The position numbers were made by a program, and so were the translations under genes. The notes under the pieces are model-generated. The model searched no databases, was not told where the DNA came from, and saw nothing but the letters and a program-made list of their open reading frames with translations. This document shows positions 26,127-32,000 of a stretch of DNA of 32,000 nucleotides, piece by piece; the first letter of the stretch is position 1; every line of letters begins with the position of its first letter. This DNA comes from Pseudomonas aeruginosa (lineage in GTDB: Bacteria > Pseudomonadota > Gammaproteobacteria > Pseudomonadales > Pseudomonadaceae), in the NCBI RefSeq assembly GCF_001457615.1, contig NZ_LN831024.1, positions 960,001 through 992,000 of the forward strand. The letters run 5' to 3'.

Positions 26127-26198
26127 CGCCGCCGTCAGCCTCGGCGGCGTGTTTCACGAGCCGGCGCGACCGCTCCGGGAAAGAGCGGTCGCGGCCGG
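26127..26198. other. Two GC-rich perfect inverted repeats between the aldehyde dehydrogenase stop and the eat promoter-like motif
   Basis: CGCCGCCG-tcagcct-CGGCGGCG (26127-26149). GCGACCGCTC-cgggaaa-GAGCGGTCGC, extended to 26161-26198 with one bulge. No U-tracts on the minus strand. Confidence 0.45.
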
Positions 26199-26210
26199 TC
26201 CGGGGTCCTA

Positions 26211-27731
<1,521 letters not shown>

Positions 27732-27797
27732 GATGGTATCTCCTGGCTCTTGTGCTTATTAGGGGAGGACGCGCTGTCGCGCTTGTCGTAAGCCTGG

Positions 27798-27813
27798 AGC
27801 AAGGGCCGGGCCA
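27798..27813 (-). promoter_or_regulatory. Sigma-54 -24/-12 element upstream of the aldehyde dehydrogenase gene
   Basis: The minus strand reads TGGCCC-GGCCC-TTGCT, with correct GG-N10-GC spacing, about 68 nt upstream of ATG 27731. It lies next to a divergent sigma-54 activator gene. Confidence 0.5.
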
Positions 27814-27850
27814 GAGTGGCGAAAGGCCCGGAGTAGAGCGTCCTGGAGGT

Positions 27851-27879
27851 TTCGCAGGGGAGCTTGCGAACGCTCCCTG
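27851..27879. promoter_or_regulatory. Overlapping palindromes upstream of the sigma-54 element; candidate enhancer-binding-protein (EatR) site
   Basis: TTCGCA-N8-TGCGAA (27851-27870, perfect 6-bp arms). CAGGGGAGC / GCTCCCTG (27855-27879, one extra G). Centred about 75 bp upstream of the predicted start site. Confidence 0.35.
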
Positions 27880-28069
27880 TCACGCGGGCGGGACGCTCGT
27901 GAGTGACACTCTGTACCGTTTTCGGCGCAGCGCATGACTCATCGGTCAGTCCGTCGTTGCATTGCGCCCCGGCCTGTTGGATGCTGCACCGATAGCCGTC
28001 CGGAGAGTCGCGGACCGATCCACCGCGCCCAGGCAAGAGACGGCCCGTCCCTCGCGGAGAACCATAACA

Positions 28070-30001
<1,932 letters not shown>

Positions 30002-30158
30002 CGGGCGGGACGGCTCCAGGCGGGCCGCCGCGAGGCCGGCGGGAACCCCGTCGACGCCGCGTCGTCTGATGCCGCGACGCCGGGCGGCCGGCGCCTCCGC
30101 TGTGCTAATCTGCCGCCCATTCACAGCGCCTTCGACGGCTTGATCTGCAGGAGTCTGC

Positions 30159-31514
30159 ATGCACATCCACGTACTCGGCATCTGCGGGACCTTCATGGGC
30201 TCGCTGGCCGTGCTGGCCAAGGAACTGGGCCACCGGGTGACCGGTTCCGACGCCAACGTCTACCCCCCCATGAGCACCCAGCTGCAAGCCCAGGGCATCG
30301 AGTTGATGCAGGGCTACGATCCGGCCCACCTGGAGCCGGCGCCGGACCTGGTAGTGATCGGCAACGCCCTGTCGCGCGGCAATCCGGCGGTGGAGCATGT
30401 CCTGAACAAGGGCCTGCCCTACGTTTCCGGCCCGCAGTGGCTGGCCGACCACGTGCTGCAAGGACGCTGGGTGCTGGCGGTGGCCGGTACCCACGGCAAG
30501 ACCACCACCACCAGCATGCTCGCCTGGGTCCTGGAGCACGCCGGCATGAGCCCGGGCTTCCTGATCGGCGGGGTGCCGCAGAACTTCGGGGTTTCGGCGC
30601 GCCTGGGCGGTACGCCGTTCTTCGTGGTCGAGGCCGACGAGTACGACAGCGCCTTCTTCGACAAGCGCTCGAAGTTCGTCCATTACCGCCCGCGCACGGC
30701 GATCCTGAACAACCTGGAATTCGACCACGCGGATATCTTCCCCGACCTCGCGGCCATCGAGCGGCAGTTCCACCATCTGGTGCGCACTGTGCCGGGCGAG
30801 GGCCTGATCATTCGCCCGAGCGCCGAGAAAGCCCTGGAGCGCGTACTCGGGATGGGCTGCTGGACCCCGGTGCAGACCACCGGCGAAGGCGGCCAGTGGC
30901 AGGCGCGCCTGCTCGCCGAGGACGGCTCGCGCTTCGAGGTGCTGTTCGACGGCATCGTCCAGGGCGAGGTGGACTGGCCGCTGACCGGCCTGCACAACGT
31001 CGCCAACGCCCTCGCCAGCCTGGCGGCGGCGCGCCATGTCGGCGTGATGCCCAGCCAGGGCGCGGCGGCGCTCAGCGAATTCCGCAACGTCAAGCGGCGC
31101 ATGGAGAAGGTCGCGGAGGTCCGGGGCGTGACCCTCTACGACGACTTCGCCCACCATCCGACCGCCATCGCCACCACCCTCGACGGCCTGCGCAAGCAGG
31201 TTGGCGCCGATACCCAGGTGATCGCCATCGTCGAGCCGCGTTCCAACTCGATGAAGCTCGGCGCTCATCGCGACGGCCTGCCGGACAGCGTGCGCCAGGC
31301 CGACCAGGTGCTCTGGTACGCGCCGCCGAACCTGGGCTGGGACCTGGCCGCCACCGCCGCGCAATGCGCGATACCGTCGCAGGTCTGCGATACCCTGGAG
31401 GCGATCATCGAGCAGGTGCGCCAGCAGGCCAGGCCCGGCGCGCAAGTGGTGATCATGAGCAACGGCGGCTTCGGCGGCTTGCACGGCAAGCTGGCCGCGG
31501 CGCTGGCCGAGTGA
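30159..31514 (+). CDS. mpl: UDP-N-acetylmuramate:L-alanyl-gamma-D-glutamyl-meso-diaminopimelate ligase (murein peptide ligase), 451 aa
   Basis: MHIHVLGICGTFMGSLAVLAKELGH. P-loop GTHGKTTTTSM. Mur ligase architecture. GCAGGAG RBS 6 nt upstream. Confidence 0.93.
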   Translation: MHIHVLGICGTFMGSLAVLAKELGHRVTGSDANVYPPMSTQLQAQGIELMQGYDPAHLEPAPDLVVIGNALSRGNPAVEHVLNKGLPYVSGPQWLADHVLQGRWVLAVAGTHGKTTTTSMLAWVLEHAGMSPGFLIGGVPQNFGVSARLGGTPFFVVEADEYDSAFFDKRSKFVHYRPRTAILNNLEFDHADIFPDLAAIERQFHHLVRTVPGEGLIIRPSAEKALERVLGMGCWTPVQTTGEGGQWQARLLAEDGSRFEVLFDGIVQGEVDWPLTGLHNVANALASLAAARHVGVMPSQGAAALSEFRNVKRRMEKVAEVRGVTLYDDFAHHPTAIATTLDGLRKQVGADTQVIAIVEPRSNSMKLGAHRDGLPDSVRQADQVLWYAPPNLGWDLAATAAQCAIPSQVCDTLEAIIEQVRQQARPGAQVVIMSNGGFGGLHGKLAAALAE

Positions 31515-31522
31515 GGGGCGCG

Positions 31523-32000
31523 ATGAGCGGTCCGGAACGCATTACCCTGGCGATGACCGGCGCCTCCGGCGCCCAGTACGGCCTGCGCTTGCTCGATTGC
31601 CTGGTGCAGGAAGAGCGCGAGGTGCACTTCCTGATCTCCAAGGCCGCGCAACTGGTGATGGCCACCGAGACCGACGTGGCCTTGCCGGCCAAGCCGCAGG
31701 CGATGCAGGCCTTCCTCACCGAATATTGCGGTGCCGCCGCCGGACAGATCCGCGTGTTCGGCCAGAACGACTGGATGGCGCCGCCGGCCTCCGGCTCCAG
31801 CGCGCCCAATGCCATGGTGATCTGCCCGTGTTCCACCGGCACCCTGTCGGCGGTCGCCACGGGGGCCTGCAACAACCTCATCGAGCGCGCCGCCGATGTC
31901 GCCCTGAAGGAGCGCCGGCCGCTGGTGCTGGTGCCGCGCGAGGCGCCGTTCTCCAGTATCCACCTGGAAAACATGCTCAAGCTGTCCAACCTCGGCGCGG
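31523..32000 (+). CDS. ubiX: Flavin prenyltransferase UbiX, N-terminal ~159 aa; the 3' end lies outside the window
   Basis: ATG 31523 lies 8 nt after the mpl stop. MSGPERITLAMTGASGAQYGLRLLDCLVQEEREVHFLISKAA...MVICPCSTGTLSAVATGACNNLIERAADVALKERRPLVLVPRE is a typical UbiX/Pad1 flavoprotein. Absent from the ORF track because there is no stop codon in the window. Confidence 0.9.
   Translation, partial: MSGPERITLAMTGASGAQYGLRLLDCLVQEEREVHFLISKAAQLVMATETDVALPAKPQAMQAFLTEYCGAAAGQIRVFGQNDWMAPPASGSSAPNAMVICPCSTGTLSAVATGACNNLIERAADVALKERRPLVLVPREAPFSSIHLENMLKLSNLGA

Noticed and set aside
28033-28047. CGGGCC-GTCTC-TTGCC, a sigma-54-like string on the minus strand
   Set aside because: A poor -24 box located about 300 nt from the dehydrogenase ATG, almost inside eatR. 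The element at 27798-27813 is better placed.

Overview
This window is about 66% GC, densely coding, and uses GC3-rich codons. From memory and without a database search, the gene order and protein sequences match the Pseudomonas aeruginosa core chromosome, roughly PAO1 PA4047 down to PA4019. I call 29 protein-coding genes. Left to right: ribA (3' end), a small membrane protein, an orphan BtuF-like periplasmic binding protein, xseB-ispA-dxs (minus strand) and an enolase-superfamily enzyme. Next is a 4-gene GldA/F/G-like ABC plus DUF4340 operon. Then a FecR-like gene and a CHASE2 histidine kinase, aqpZ, mucE and an OmpR-type response regulator. These are followed by ppa, mtfA-like, dedA-like, a PP2C-like/kinase-like membrane protein, a family-3 binding protein and a GNAT. 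The window ends with the ethanolamine cluster (eutC, eutB, eat, aldehyde dehydrogenase, divergent eatR), mpl and the 5' part of ubiX. I found no tRNA or rRNA genes, CRISPR arrays, IS elements, integrases, phage genes or compositional islands. This looks like ordinary syntenic core genome, not an accessory or defence island, so I cannot point to a clear new multi-gene system. The parts worth a second look are poorly characterised core modules and non-coding structure. (1) A split FecR-like/CHASE2-kinase and OmpR-regulator locus brackets aqpZ and mucE, with arrays of a 10-bp AGATT-core motif and a twin 20-bp palindrome-containing repeat in the intergenic DNA. (2) A membrane-anchored protein whose PP2C-like and Hanks-kinase-like halves both appear to lack catalytic residues. 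(3) The GldG/DUF4340 ABC operon has unknown function. (4) Three sigma-54-type -24/-12 motifs lie in the eut cluster; the best match is internal, upstream of eat. All functional calls rest on motifs read by eye and recalled family knowledge. Start codons are inferred and several are uncertain.
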